Below are positions 53,346-63,493 of a DNA stretch of 64,000 bases, one piece after another. A model generated the notes under the pieces. The model saw nothing but the letters and a program-made list of their open reading frames with translations, had not been told where the DNA came from and did not search any database. Numbering within the stretch: position 1 is the stretch's first letter; each line of letters begins with the position of its first letter. The position numbers and the translations under genes are program-made. Source of the stretch: a virus (lineage: Duplodnaviria; Caudoviricetes); IMG/VR virus record IMGVR_UViG_3300013280_000006, positions 1 to 64,000 of that record. One strand, written 5' to 3'.

Positions 53346-53355
53346 GGTGTCTTAC

Positions 53356-55743
53356 TCACGTTGCTGGCGGATCGCGTGGTATGGCCGCTACCGGGCCGTG
53401 CATAAGTCCAACTATCTGATTAATCGCCAATAATATCTGTTCAGTATTATCTGACGTTTTTAATGTAGCTTGGCTGACCGCCTTTTCGTCAGCTTCTTTT
53501 TTATCCTTGGCGTCTTTCTCTTGTTTAGCTTTAGTCTCTTCGGCTTTTTCCTTAGCTTCTGCTTTGTCTCTCAACGTCTTAATTATATCTTGAGCAGGGA
53601 TGCCTCCATCCTTAAACTGCTTGATTATCGAGTTCATCTCATCCATGTCACTCGTTGCCATCCCAGCTAACAGACGAGCAACAGCTTGTTTTTCCTGCGG
53701 GGTGCCACTGGAGAGTAGCCTGTTGATCTCATCAAACAAACCGGGATCGTCGTCCCCTCTTTCCAGCAATGTACCGAGCAGAACAGATCTTTGGGCTCCG
53801 CCGCCAAGTAGCGCACGGAAAAATTCTGAACCCGTACGAGCTCTTGCGATATCTGCAAACATTCCTTCGGTAGCGCTAAGTCCGCCGAACAACTTAGTCA
53901 ATCGTCCAGTGATGTTCGATGCTGCATCTACACTAGACAACTCAGATGTTATCTGGTTTCGATACAAATCAAGCAGAGCTTCTTGTGTAGTTCTACCGCC
54001 GCGACCGCCGCCAGAGAAAACCCTAAGCTGGGCTCTGAAGGTGTCTATAGATCTTCCGTCTAGAAACTTAGTTAGGTTATTGTCGTTTAACGCCGCCTCG
54101 AAAGAAGTAACATCGCCTCGACCATAGCCGTAGGCGGCAGATATGTTGAGTAGTGTGTTCAATTCTTCGTCAGTGGCACCCTGCAGCCCGAGAGACGACC
54201 GTAGTCGCGTAGAAATGATGTCTGTGCGTTCTTGCAACTGCATGGCCTGAATACCCTGCGTAATTCCAGGGAACTGAGTTAGTAGACTTTGCGCGGCAGC
54301 GCGGTCAGCGACTAACTGCATAGCAGTACGCTGATCAACACCTGTTAGTCCGCTGAAAGCTGTAGCAACATCTCGCTGGTTGTTGAAAAGACGGCGGTCA
54401 CCGCCAGCAGGTTCGCCTCTTGAGATTCTGACCGCAGCCTCGAGAATAGAATCCCCGGCTGCAATAACATCAATAAACTGACCAGTACATGCGGCACGAT
54501 CAGACAAGGCTCCAACAATGTTTGCTACGTTTGTGGCGAGGAGACTGCCGCTTGCTGATAGCGCTTGTTTTAGAGAGGTGTTCTGGAACGACGTCGCGTC
54601 ACGATCCACCCCAAACACACGACCACCCGATCTTTGAAGGCTCAGCGAATACAAACTTGCTCCAGCCTTTCCTGCGGTGATGCTATTTAACGCGGCATCA
54701 ATAGCGTTGGATTTATTCAGTCCGGCAGATTCGGCTAGACTGGCGGCAGTGTCAATTATGGAAATCAGAGATTCAACCGCGATTCCGGCCGTATCCTCTA
54801 ACTCCTTAAGTTTGGCCACTCTAGCTGTCAGTTGTGTACTGGAGATATTACCCAGTTCTCCGCCAGTAATTCTTTGAAGAAGGTTTGCGGCCTCACCAGC
54901 GTCTGTGACTCCAAGCTGATCACGCACAAGTGACATTGCTGGTAGAAATTCACGAATCGCTGCGGACGCTCTTTCTCCTGCAACTCTTCCGATAAGTGCC
55001 GAGTCAGCAGGCGATCCTGTCAAACTTCGTGCCAATGCGTCGGTGTAATCTAGCGAGATAATACCTCGCGCAGCCAGACGACTTGCGATATCGGCTTGTT
55101 GGTTAACCGAAAACCCTTGCGCTGCTACTGGATCAGAAAATTCGTTATCCCTAAAACCAGCTCCCTTAGCAAAGGCTCTGCTGAACTCAGCGATCATGTC
55201 TGAGTCCACCATTGGTCCACCTCGACCAAAACTTTGATTCATCAATTTTGCCGTTGAGTACGAATACGAGGTGTACGGGAAGATAGAACTGAGATCCAAA
55301 CCCACCATCGACATAATCATTTGTGCATATGGGTTATTTGCAAACTCAGTAACGGCTTTAGCAGAGCCCTCTGGGTCACGGACTTTCGCTAAACGGAGTA
55401 TAGAGGTCAGTCGAGCTGCTTCTATGTCAACGAGATCTTTTCGAGATCTCATGACATTCATCATTTGTTGAGTTTGTTGTTGGTTAAAACTATAGTTAAA
55501 GTAACTAGAGGGTGCAAACGGGTTTCTCATCATTGCATTGCCGCCACCCATCATGGAGTTCATAAATGGGAGCATGCTTTGAATTACTTGATCCCCTTGC
55601 GGTCCTAGGAGACCAGAGAGAAATGATGGAGTAAACGGTATAGAATATCCACGGCTCGAGCCATAAATAGAACGACCATTCGGAGCATCCCAAATTGACG
55701 TTGTTGGTTGGAATGGAGAAAGATATGGATTGTTATCGAACAT
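53356..55743 (-). CDS. Tape measure protein
   Basis: 795 aa, Ala/Gly/Leu-rich helical protein downstream of tube and chaperone genes. Confidence 0.75.
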   Translation of the reverse strand: MFDNNPYLSPFQPTTSIWDAPNGRSIYGSSRGYSIPFTPSFLSGLLGPQGDQVIQSMLPFMNSMMGGGNAMMRNPFAPSSYFNYSFNQQQTQQMMNVMRSRKDLVDIEAARLTSILRLAKVRDPEGSAKAVTEFANNPYAQMIMSMVGLDLSSIFPYTSYSYSTAKLMNQSFGRGGPMVDSDMIAEFSRAFAKGAGFRDNEFSDPVAAQGFSVNQQADIASRLAARGIISLDYTDALARSLTGSPADSALIGRVAGERASAAIREFLPAMSLVRDQLGVTDAGEAANLLQRITGGELGNISSTQLTARVAKLKELEDTAGIAVESLISIIDTAASLAESAGLNKSNAIDAALNSITAGKAGASLYSLSLQRSGGRVFGVDRDATSFQNTSLKQALSASGSLLATNVANIVGALSDRAACTGQFIDVIAAGDSILEAAVRISRGEPAGGDRRLFNNQRDVATAFSGLTGVDQRTAMQLVADRAAAQSLLTQFPGITQGIQAMQLQERTDIISTRLRSSLGLQGATDEELNTLLNISAAYGYGRGDVTSFEAALNDNNLTKFLDGRSIDTFRAQLRVFSGGGRGGRTTQEALLDLYRNQITSELSSVDAASNITGRLTKLFGGLSATEGMFADIARARTGSEFFRALLGGGAQRSVLLGTLLERGDDDPGLFDEINRLLSSGTPQEKQAVARLLAGMATSDMDEMNSIIKQFKDGGIPAQDIIKTLRDKAEAKEKAEETKAKQEKDAKDKKEADEKAVSQATLKTSDNTEQILLAINQIVGLMHGPVAAIPRDPPAT

Positions 55744-56248
55744 TGTTTACTACCGTGGCACCCTCTGGCATATCTTTCTTTGCCAGCATGTTTTTGTATT
55801 CGTTTATTTTCTTCTGTACTGCTGGATCATCTAGTTTCCCGAATGCCGCCTCCCATCTCTTTAACAGATCTTTTGTGTCAGCCTCGTCTAAGTGATGATC
55901 TTCATTTTTACTCCACTCGAGCCACGGGGCGACAATCGTACCAACGCGTTTAAATGCTTCGTTTGCATCGATGGCAATAGCCTTTATCACATCCACAGCG
56001 CGATCACCCTGTGGAGAGAACCCAAGCGCACTGCACTTTCTTAAATATACTAAAGTTGAGAGTTTTTCGTATAGCCGAACTTCCAGCTCTTCAAATATTA
56101 GTTTCTCACGTAAAATATCTCGCAAGTTCAAAGCGTTGAACTTGCGATAATCAATCAGCTTATTTGCATGAGCCTCCATGATCATCCGGAGGACTTTAGA
56201 TTTTCCCAAAAATTTGGAGAAGCGGCCGCCTCCGTCAGCCGAAAACAC
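55733..56248 (-). CDS. Tail assembly chaperone, distal ORF (lambda T-like)
   Basis: Directly upstream of the tape measure gene; overlaps the end of 56182..57144 in the -1 frame; track start is probably not real (alternative ATG at 56185). Confidence 0.6.
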   Translation of the reverse strand: MFSADGGGRFSKFLGKSKVLRMIMEAHANKLIDYRKFNALNLRDILREKLIFEELEVRLYEKLSTLVYLRKCSALGFSPQGDRAVDVIKAIAIDANEAFKRVGTIVAPWLEWSKNEDHHLDEADTKDLLKRWEAAFGKLDDPAVQKKINEYKNMLAKKDMPEGATVVNNVR

Positions 56249-57144
56249 AGAGACTCAAACACAAGAAACTGCTTAAATACAATGTGATAAAGCGACTCGT
56301 GCCAAGACGCAAAGATAGCGTTGTATGCCTGGGCAACGTACGTATCTTTGGAGCTATCAGAGTAGTTATACAGCTTCTGTGCATCCTTACTAAGCACATG
56401 CGGCAACTCTCGACTCATGTTCGCAGCATGCACCAGGCTGCACGTTAGTGTAAGTCTACGTAGACGATCGTGGTAACTCATGAGCGAAACGTTCGGAGGA
56501 GAGGTCGGTATTCTTCCATCAGCTAGCTCTTTTTTGAGTTGCTCTTGAATTTGATTGATTTCGTTCGTCAACCGCGTTCTAAATGTAACTGTGACCTCTC
56601 CGTTGAATAGCTTGTACTGCTTGACAAATACTGTTCCACCAAGAATCGAGCGAAGCCAGTTAGCTTTGTCAAACTCGTCCAACTCTTCTGTTGTGTGGTC
56701 CGTGTTCCAGGCACAGTTTGGGCATAGCTTTGGTTCTGTCAGAGCAGGCTGTGCTGGATCAGATACGTCTTTAATTGTGGTTACCGGCTTCGACTCAGCT
56801 GCGTTATTTTGAGTAGATTCTTCTGTCGTTTTTGTGGTCGTATCCGCAATCTGCGAAATATCCATGGTGGATAAAGCATCCAGTACACGTTGCCGCTCTT
56901 CTGGTGGAAGGTCGGATAGAGTTCTTTGCTGTGCAATATTTGGTTTTATATTTTTAAGCTTGTCTATGGTGGAAGAAGTATTCATTACCTCTTTGAGAGC
57001 ATTTGCAAACTTTTCCCGTACGCTAGCTGGAAGTTTTTCAAGATCAATACTTCCATTTTTAACGGCAAACTCTATCGGAGTTAAACCTGATCCGTCGTCT
57101 TTTAAAATAGTCCCGGTGGGAAAGTCCCTCATATTGGCGCTCAT
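56182..57144 (-). CDS. Tail assembly chaperone (lambda G / T4 gp26-like position)
   Basis: CPNC motif, F.K.Y.LF.GEV.VTFRT.L..E pattern; synteny between tube/spike and tape measure. Confidence 0.6.
   Translation of the reverse strand: MSANMRDFPTGTILKDDGSGLTPIEFAVKNGSIDLEKLPASVREKFANALKEVMNTSSTIDKLKNIKPNIAQQRTLSDLPPEERQRVLDALSTMDISQIADTTTKTTEESTQNNAAESKPVTTIKDVSDPAQPALTEPKLCPNCAWNTDHTTEELDEFDKANWLRSILGGTVFVKQYKLFNGEVTVTFRTRLTNEINQIQEQLKKELADGRIPTSPPNVSLMSYHDRLRRLTLTCSLVHAANMSRELPHVLSKDAQKLYNYSDSSKDTYVAQAYNAIFASWHESLYHIVFKQFLVFESLCFRLTEAAASPNFWENLKSSG
56209..56215 (-). other. Candidate -1 programmed ribosomal frameshift heptamer A AAT TTT
   Basis: X XXY YYZ in the correct phase (CCA AAT TTT at 56217-56209), 9 codons before the upstream stop; the -1 frame is the open distal ORF. 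Confidence 0.55.
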
Positions 57145-57500
57145 AAGATGTCCCTGTTAGTGGCGTTTAACTCATCTATCCAAGCTTTAATTGATTCAGT
57201 TTGACTTTCGTCCACCTGAACAACAATAGGTCTCCAAATATCAGGAGTCTCTAGCAATCCACCACATAATTCAATTTTTGGAGTAATCTCAGCTACGAAC
57301 AAACCTTTAAATCTTTTTAACCTGTATCCCCAAGGTTTAGTTCCTGGATCGTCAGGCTTTACTTGAGACTGGTGAATAACCTCTCTAGACACTAATCCGT
57401 ACGAGTTATCTATTTTAAATGCGATGAGAAAGTAAGAACGTAGTGGCGTTTGTACTAAGTAGACTGGGGACAGTATTGAATTAAAGTCTTCAATTGACAC
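57141..57500 (-). CDS. Hypothetical protein in the tail operon
   Basis: 119 aa, coupled overlaps. Confidence 0.55.
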   Translation of the reverse strand: MSIEDFNSILSPVYLVQTPLRSYFLIAFKIDNSYGLVSREVIHQSQVKPDDPGTKPWGYRLKRFKGLFVAEITPKIELCGGLLETPDIWRPIVVQVDESQTESIKAWIDELNATNRDIL

Positions 57501-60120
57501 TGGTGATAAATCCTTTTTCTAGTGTAGTGGGTGTAACTGAGCCACCACGTGCATCTTCATACAGATCGTAAGACGTGGATTCGCCTGTGTCAAACGACCA
57601 GTATTTGTTTGTTACGTTGTACATCAAAGGTTTCTCTACCCAAGAGCGATACCCTGGGTATGGTAATGTATCTACGTTACCGTCTGGAGACTTAACTGCT
57701 CTTTCGACCCAGCCGCTAGAAGAATACCCAGCGGCCTCGGCTCCTTGCTGCCAACGTGCTTGAACCCAGAACACCTCTGACTCACCATCTTTAAAGTTCA
57801 CTGTGTACTGGTTCAGGTCTTCGTTATCTGTTCTGAAGGTGAATCCCATGGAAGTAATGATAGACTGAAGTCCTATGCCCTTTGTCGGCTCGTAAGGATT
57901 GGAGCCCTTCTGAGGGTCATCTGCCTGAGCGCGTATCTGCTCGATGCGGGAATTCACAGTACCTAAGGTTTGATTTACAGAGTTACGGAATCGGTCACTG
58001 GTTATACCAAGCTCCCCGCCAGCAGAGGATGCCACTTGGTCTCCGCTAATGTCTCCGACAAATACTCCATCGCCCACAGTAAGAATGCTGCCGTTAAATA
58101 CGGTATATCCAGTTTGTCCAAATATCACCGAAGATTCCGAGAACTCCATAGTGGCAGAAGTTGTCGATGTTGTGTCTGGCGTTGTTCCGAACAGTACTCT
58201 CTTGTACTGATCAATATGCTCAATAGTCCGCGCTGCGTACGTTTGCACAGTTCCGGTACCACTCGACGCATCCAGAATTATGTCTGATTTATCCAATGAC
58301 CGCACGTACACTTGCTTGCCATAAATTGCAGCAACACCGTCGGTAGCCTTGAGCACAATTCCAGAACTAGTTACATCTGTGCCGTACTTGTTGACAAAAT
58401 CCATGGTACTGCCAACACCGCGAGACTCAAGTAACAAACCGCCGCTCGATGAGTTGCCAGCAAGCACATGCAGATTTTTATCCGCCTTGATTCTAAGATC
58501 TCCCGCCCCGGCAGAGAACTCAGCATGCTGCCCAGCACGCAAGTGGATATCCTTCGGAGCGAGAACGCTGAAACTTCTCCCATTAGCAACTAACACATCA
58601 CCAGGGCAAGTGAGGATGATGTTACCACGCTCCATGATGATCTGTGATCCCCAGCCGTCCTCGATGACAACACGACCATCGTCTGTCATATGTATAGCTG
58701 ACCGACACTTGTAAAGTTTTCTCGTGTGGTCTGACTTGTGGTCTACGACCACAGATTCAAATGATGGAATGTTCAATCTGAATCTATATTGACTTGGAAC
58801 GTAGATCGACTTATCTATTAGGTCTTGACTGGTTGGTTTCGAGACGTAGAAATCCAATTTCTTAGTAGCTACGTTTTGCAGCGTTAACTTGTGTCTAACC
58901 CATGCGAAGTTATCAAATAGCTGTGCAATTTTGGTATTCTTGCCATCTTGATCTGGATCTTCATCGCGACCTTTAAAGTCAGTACGTTTTGGCGCGTCCG
59001 CCGAACCAAATACACCAGCAAACTTATGTTCGCTGTCTGGGTTGTTTGCTGAATCTCCAGTTGGATCATTTGGTGTCTTGAGTGGCTTAACGACCGGAAT
59101 GTAGCAGTCTTTAACTAGCGATATTGACTTACGTGAAGCGATGGACAATGTACCGTCAATATGGCCAACAACCTCAGCAACACCTACATTATCGGTCTGT
59201 CTGTCTTTGACTTCTATGAATGATTCGGTTTCAAAATCCTTAAATTCCTGCGGAGGTATCGCTATGGTCCAACGAATGAGGTCACCAAGTACGCCGCCTA
59301 ACTTCGTAAGGCGCGAGATAGGAGCTTGGTTAGACTTTGCTATTGGCTCGTATCTGGCTTCTCGGTTACCGTTCACCCATAGTGGATCTGCTACGTTTAA
59401 AGTAGTCGGATCCGGTGGAAACTGCTCTTCCTTGTCTTGAGTTGCAATGGGTTCGGAGTATTTTAGAGAGCCACGCATTTCCCATGGATAGGGAGAGGAT
59501 TGCGTGATCGAGAAGTTCTCACCCTCATCCTCCCCTTCCAAGTGATCCTGAAGAGCAGTCCAGTGCTGGAAGTTATGTCCAGCCAACCTGGTTGTCTGCG
59601 ACAGATAGAATAACCAAAGACCGGTAAGTTCGTCGGCCTTTAGCGTGATGTCTGAAACACCAATATGAAATAGAATTCCAAGTGGATTACTAAATCCGTA
59701 CTCCCCGGCAAGCACGTCATAGGGAGTACCGGCATTGAAATTCATCTTACGAGTCGGAGTCTGCACTGCATTGTTGTGCGCAACGTCTTCTTTAATACCG
59801 ACACCAGAATATGGAGTTACCCACGTAGGCTGAACATTGACCGAGCTCTCAGTTAAGAACGGGGCAGCTCCAAGTATGTAACAATGCGGCGCGTTTGGTG
59901 GTTGATAGCAGACCACCAACGTACCAGGAAGGTAGACGCCGTGAGACCTGACACCGTAACCAATACTAGAGAAGTTAGCGGGAGTGCCGTAGATTGGGGC
60001 ACTAAAGTTAACCGATATTTGGTACAAATTCCAAAACTGCACAACGTCTTCAATTACCCCCAAGAAGACTGTGCGATCTACTTTATCCTGTCCGTGTTTT
60101 CGACTATCTAAGGTATGCAT
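57490..60120 (-). CDS. Baseplate central spike (gp5/VgrG-like)
   Basis: N-terminal OB-fold-like PGT.VV.Y.P....CYILG; beta-helix repeats (AIHMTDDGRVVIEDGWGSQIIMERGNIILTCPGDV...). Confidence 0.7.
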   Translation of the reverse strand: MHTLDSRKHGQDKVDRTVFLGVIEDVVQFWNLYQISVNFSAPIYGTPANFSSIGYGVRSHGVYLPGTLVVCYQPPNAPHCYILGAAPFLTESSVNVQPTWVTPYSGVGIKEDVAHNNAVQTPTRKMNFNAGTPYDVLAGEYGFSNPLGILFHIGVSDITLKADELTGLWLFYLSQTTRLAGHNFQHWTALQDHLEGEDEGENFSITQSSPYPWEMRGSLKYSEPIATQDKEEQFPPDPTTLNVADPLWVNGNREARYEPIAKSNQAPISRLTKLGGVLGDLIRWTIAIPPQEFKDFETESFIEVKDRQTDNVGVAEVVGHIDGTLSIASRKSISLVKDCYIPVVKPLKTPNDPTGDSANNPDSEHKFAGVFGSADAPKRTDFKGRDEDPDQDGKNTKIAQLFDNFAWVRHKLTLQNVATKKLDFYVSKPTSQDLIDKSIYVPSQYRFRLNIPSFESVVVDHKSDHTRKLYKCRSAIHMTDDGRVVIEDGWGSQIIMERGNIILTCPGDVLVANGRSFSVLAPKDIHLRAGQHAEFSAGAGDLRIKADKNLHVLAGNSSSGGLLLESRGVGSTMDFVNKYGTDVTSSGIVLKATDGVAAIYGKQVYVRSLDKSDIILDASSGTGTVQTYAARTIEHIDQYKRVLFGTTPDTTSTTSATMEFSESSVIFGQTGYTVFNGSILTVGDGVFVGDISGDQVASSAGGELGITSDRFRNSVNQTLGTVNSRIEQIRAQADDPQKGSNPYEPTKGIGLQSIITSMGFTFRTDNEDLNQYTVNFKDGESEVFWVQARWQQGAEAAGYSSSGWVERAVKSPDGNVDTLPYPGYRSWVEKPLMYNVTNKYWSFDTGESTSYDLYEDARGGSVTPTTLEKGFITSVN

Positions 60121-60121
60121 G

Positions 60122-60137
60122 TTCTCACACGTGAGAA
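60122..60137. promoter_or_regulatory. Palindrome TTCTCA-N4-TGAGAA upstream of spike start codon
   Basis: TTCTCACACGTGAGAA, 1 nt from ATG 60120; twin of 19690-19705. Confidence 0.45.
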
Positions 60138-60155
60138 TATCAGTATAGTAGCCCT

Positions 60156-60190
60156 AAACAAAAAACGCCAGTCCCGTGAGACTGGCGTTT
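60156..60190 (-). terminator. Rho-independent terminator after tail tube gene
   Basis: Stem aaacgccagtc/gactggcgttt followed on the minus strand by TTTTTTGTTT. Confidence 0.85.
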
Positions 60191-60212
60191 GATAGTATAG
60201 ATAAAGCACATG

Positions 60213-60704
60213 TTACGTATTCGTTTGTTCCATACCGGTAAAGACTAGTGTCAAGTTTTCTGTCAACGCGATCTGGTCTACTGCAATCTGAAATGCAATG
60301 GCGCTAATTAAGCAATTAGAAAACTTCCATCTAGATGCCTGGACTGGTTTACCTGCAATCGTACCACCTGGGCAATCAGCGCCCGGTTTAACAGCTAGAA
60401 CGATATTGTTGTCTTCTACGTTACACACTTTAGAAAACTTTTCAAGAAATACAGCGTTCACAGGTGCCGGGGCCGCTAGGCGAGCAATAGACATTTGACC
60501 CTCTGGACGACCAGTAACATAGTAAGTCGCCTTCGATGGGCCAAGCTCAAACACGCGTTGTACTGGTCGCGCGTACTGCGCCTGAACCGACTGGACTAAA
60601 AATCCAAGACCACCGTCACCAGCGCCACTGATGGTAAATGTCAGCGTAGCGTTATCCATCGAGAATGCTCCGCCGAATGCTGGTAAGCTTCCAAAAATAG
60701 CCAT
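60213..60704 (-). CDS. Tail tube protein
   Basis: 163 aa directly after the sheath gene; VQ.VQAQY.RPVQRVFELG....YYVTGRPEGQMSI.R tube pattern. Confidence 0.8.
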   Translation of the reverse strand: MAIFGSLPAFGGAFSMDNATLTFTISGAGDGGLGFLVQSVQAQYARPVQRVFELGPSKATYYVTGRPEGQMSIARLAAPAPVNAVFLEKFSKVCNVEDNNIVLAVKPGADCPGGTIAGKPVQASRWKFSNCLISAIAFQIAVDQIALTENLTLVFTGMEQTNT

Positions 60705-60715
60705 CTGTTACTCCC

Positions 60716-63493
60716 TTAGACAACCAAGTACAGTTCGACGTTGTTGAGCGGATAGGGCACAACTAGGTCGATAATTATGACAATTCTATCTCTCAACACT
60801 GTATGGGCGCGAAGTTCTCTAATCGCGGTTCCCTCGAGAACTTGACCACCAAGTAATGCACTGAATCCGGCCGCTTTCAAGAAAGAGATGCCGCCATCAA
60901 TTTGAGTTCTGATCACCTCTAAAGTAGTGTCGGTTACGTTAGCACGTCCGATGAACGGCTTGAGACGGTTCAAGAAGAAGTAGCTGATCGCATCAACGTT
61001 CTTAACAATGTTCAACTCTCTTGCATTGAGGTCCACGGTATCTGTAGACAGTTGATGTCTGGTGAAGACGTCTCCAGTCTGCATATCCTGAGTCACGATC
61101 CACACACCAAAACTTGCCAGACGGTCTAGCTGAGATCGAGTAAACCGATCGATGACGTTGCGGGCATCGTCGAATCCGTTGATCTCTACATTCGTCAAGC
61201 CTTGTTGTGGTGCTGAGGATCCGATAAGTCCAGCGATTGCGGCGCACAGATGGTAGCCATCGACGTAAACACCACCACTCTTGATTTTCGATGGATACAC
61301 GTTATACACACGACGGCTCGTGAATCCGCCTACCTTATCGCCGATCTGGTCAACAGAGTCATCAGCCGTTGGCGTCCTCCACACTTCAACCTTAGATGGA
61401 GTCCCGATAACTGGACTTGGTGCCTCGGTCAAAAGTACACGAGATTCACTCAGTACCTCATCGACGGTGTAGGTGTCGTAGGTCGTATTTCCGTAGTTAT
61501 CATTTCCGTAGTTCAGCCGGACAAGATCCCCAGCTCGAACACCTTTAGTGATGAAGCCTACGTCTGCGCTGCTGTCTAGATCCAGGTAGCCACTCGAATC
61601 CGTGGTTGCAAGTACGGCCGAGCTGTCGGAATTTGTCTTGATGAGTGGCTGTGGGTTCTCTTCTTCCGAGCAGAGGAACGCGACTCGCCACAGTCCGATT
61701 TCTGGTGTAGATGTGGACTGCACGTGAGCTACTACAAGATCCTGAATAGCTTTATTGAATGTCAGTGGTACGAAAGTATAGACATCATCTCGGCTTTCAG
61801 CCAGACCAAGTACAAACGTGTAACCAGCCACGTCGTTCGTTGGCACCGCCATCATTCTGATTCCAGTTGATGGTGCAGTCGACAAACCTGAGTTCGCCAA
61901 GGCTTTAGTTGCGGCATACACAAGAGGATTATCTGGGTCAATTTGCGTGTCAAACAGCGTAGTCAAATCACTCAGAGACGTGACCTCATAAATTCTGTTG
62001 GCCCGATCTGTAATTAGCTCTCGCCAGTGAACGTAGATGTCTCCGCCCATGATTGGAAGGGCTTCTGTACCATCTAACCAACTCGAGTCAAACTCACGCA
62101 TACCGGGATCGAACGTAATCGTTGTTGCGTTCTGAGACCAATTCGTCAGCGCTAAGGTAAAGATCTCAGCGGGCAACTCCAGGTTTTTACGAATGTTCAG
62201 AGTTACCGACAAGTCACGAACGTTCGATGCGGACGTTGTGACCATTACATCCGGCAGAGATTTATTCAGTACGATCGTACGCACTGGACCGTCAGCCACA
62301 GCTGTAACAGGGATGTAATACTGATCGCCCGCACACAGTACAGACTGCGCCCAGGTTACAGTAACACCGTGGTTTCCGACAGTAAATGCACCCGAGGCTA
62401 CCGTTCTAGGAGGACTTCCGTCTACCCCCGTAGAAGTTGTGACCTGAATAATCGGACGATCATCCACCGAACCTGCGCCAATGGTTCCGCCACGAGTAAC
62501 CGTGAGAATATACGTAGTATCCGATGGGCCTGTAGTGTAGGTACCTGCAGACGTAGCTACGGGCTTAGTAAATGCCTGAGTTACGGTAACCGTCCACTTT
62601 GCTCCAGCGGGGATCTCGGTAGTGGATGGAGATGGGTTAAACCTGAACAGCAACCCGTTTGCCCCAAGCGGCATAGTGCTTGTATAGTTAGTTGTGGTTG
62701 GTTTGTAACCGAGTACGCTGTCCTTACCAGACGCAGACGTAATATTTACGATCATGGTCGACGGGTCATATCCCGTCGAGCCGCGAATAACCTCAATTGT
62801 GTAGGTTTCGCTCAACACACCGACCTTGACACCGCTATACGTTCCAGTGACTAGGATAGGAATAGAGCCAACTACGGTAGTCGGCGTAGGTCCTGCCGAC
62901 AACGTAGTAGCTTTATTTCCAGATGCCGGAGCTGCCGCACCGACTGTAGCATCCACCTGATCAGCTTCTAGGCCAATGATTACGCCACCTGCGTCATACC
63001 GTACACTGTCCAGCACGATGCTGACCTTAGCGTAATCACCAACTTTTACATCTCTACCTTCTAGGGCAGAGTCGAGCGGATAGTCTGTCTTATCAACTAG
63101 ATTGCGCTCATTGAACCTGATCTTATTCTTTGATCCAATTGGTGTGCTAATGACTGCGTTGCCAAGAGACGCGTTGAATGAACCGTTGATTGACGCGGAT
63201 TGTGCACTTGAAGCATCGTTGAAATACTCAAGAAGCGCGTTTTCCAAATACACCTTTGTGTAGCTTAAATCAACCGACGCGCCTGCCTGCCTTCCAAGGT
63301 CTGACAACCAGTTGAACGAATTACCCAACAGGGGGTCATAGGCCCCGGCTAACGCTTTTTCTGATGCGACGTTATAGCGGTGAAGGCGAAATTCTGGGCC
63401 GAACAGAAATGCGCGAAGAGGTTGAGTCAACTCGGTTGGAGTTGCAGTAAATTGCTGAAAAACTTGCACTTGTGGGAGTACAACTGAAGCCAT
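60716..63493 (-). CDS. Contractile tail sheath protein
   Basis: 925 aa; C-terminal sheath core (GYHLCAAIAGL...QGLTN.EI.G...LD.L...GVWIV.Q...VF.RHQLST...ELNIVKNVD.I...IGRAN...IDL.VPYPLNN..L). Confidence 0.88.
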   Translation of the reverse strand: MASVVLPQVQVFQQFTATPTELTQPLRAFLFGPEFRLHRYNVASEKALAGAYDPLLGNSFNWLSDLGRQAGASVDLSYTKVYLENALLEYFNDASSAQSASINGSFNASLGNAVISTPIGSKNKIRFNERNLVDKTDYPLDSALEGRDVKVGDYAKVSIVLDSVRYDAGGVIIGLEADQVDATVGAAAPASGNKATTLSAGPTPTTVVGSIPILVTGTYSGVKVGVLSETYTIEVIRGSTGYDPSTMIVNITSASGKDSVLGYKPTTTNYTSTMPLGANGLLFRFNPSPSTTEIPAGAKWTVTVTQAFTKPVATSAGTYTTGPSDTTYILTVTRGGTIGAGSVDDRPIIQVTTSTGVDGSPPRTVASGAFTVGNHGVTVTWAQSVLCAGDQYYIPVTAVADGPVRTIVLNKSLPDVMVTTSASNVRDLSVTLNIRKNLELPAEIFTLALTNWSQNATTITFDPGMREFDSSWLDGTEALPIMGGDIYVHWRELITDRANRIYEVTSLSDLTTLFDTQIDPDNPLVYAATKALANSGLSTAPSTGIRMMAVPTNDVAGYTFVLGLAESRDDVYTFVPLTFNKAIQDLVVAHVQSTSTPEIGLWRVAFLCSEEENPQPLIKTNSDSSAVLATTDSSGYLDLDSSADVGFITKGVRAGDLVRLNYGNDNYGNTTYDTYTVDEVLSESRVLLTEAPSPVIGTPSKVEVWRTPTADDSVDQIGDKVGGFTSRRVYNVYPSKIKSGGVYVDGYHLCAAIAGLIGSSAPQQGLTNVEINGFDDARNVIDRFTRSQLDRLASFGVWIVTQDMQTGDVFTRHQLSTDTVDLNARELNIVKNVDAISYFFLNRLKPFIGRANVTDTTLEVIRTQIDGGISFLKAAGFSALLGGQVLEGTAIRELRAHTVLRDRIVIIIDLVVPYPLNNVELYLVV

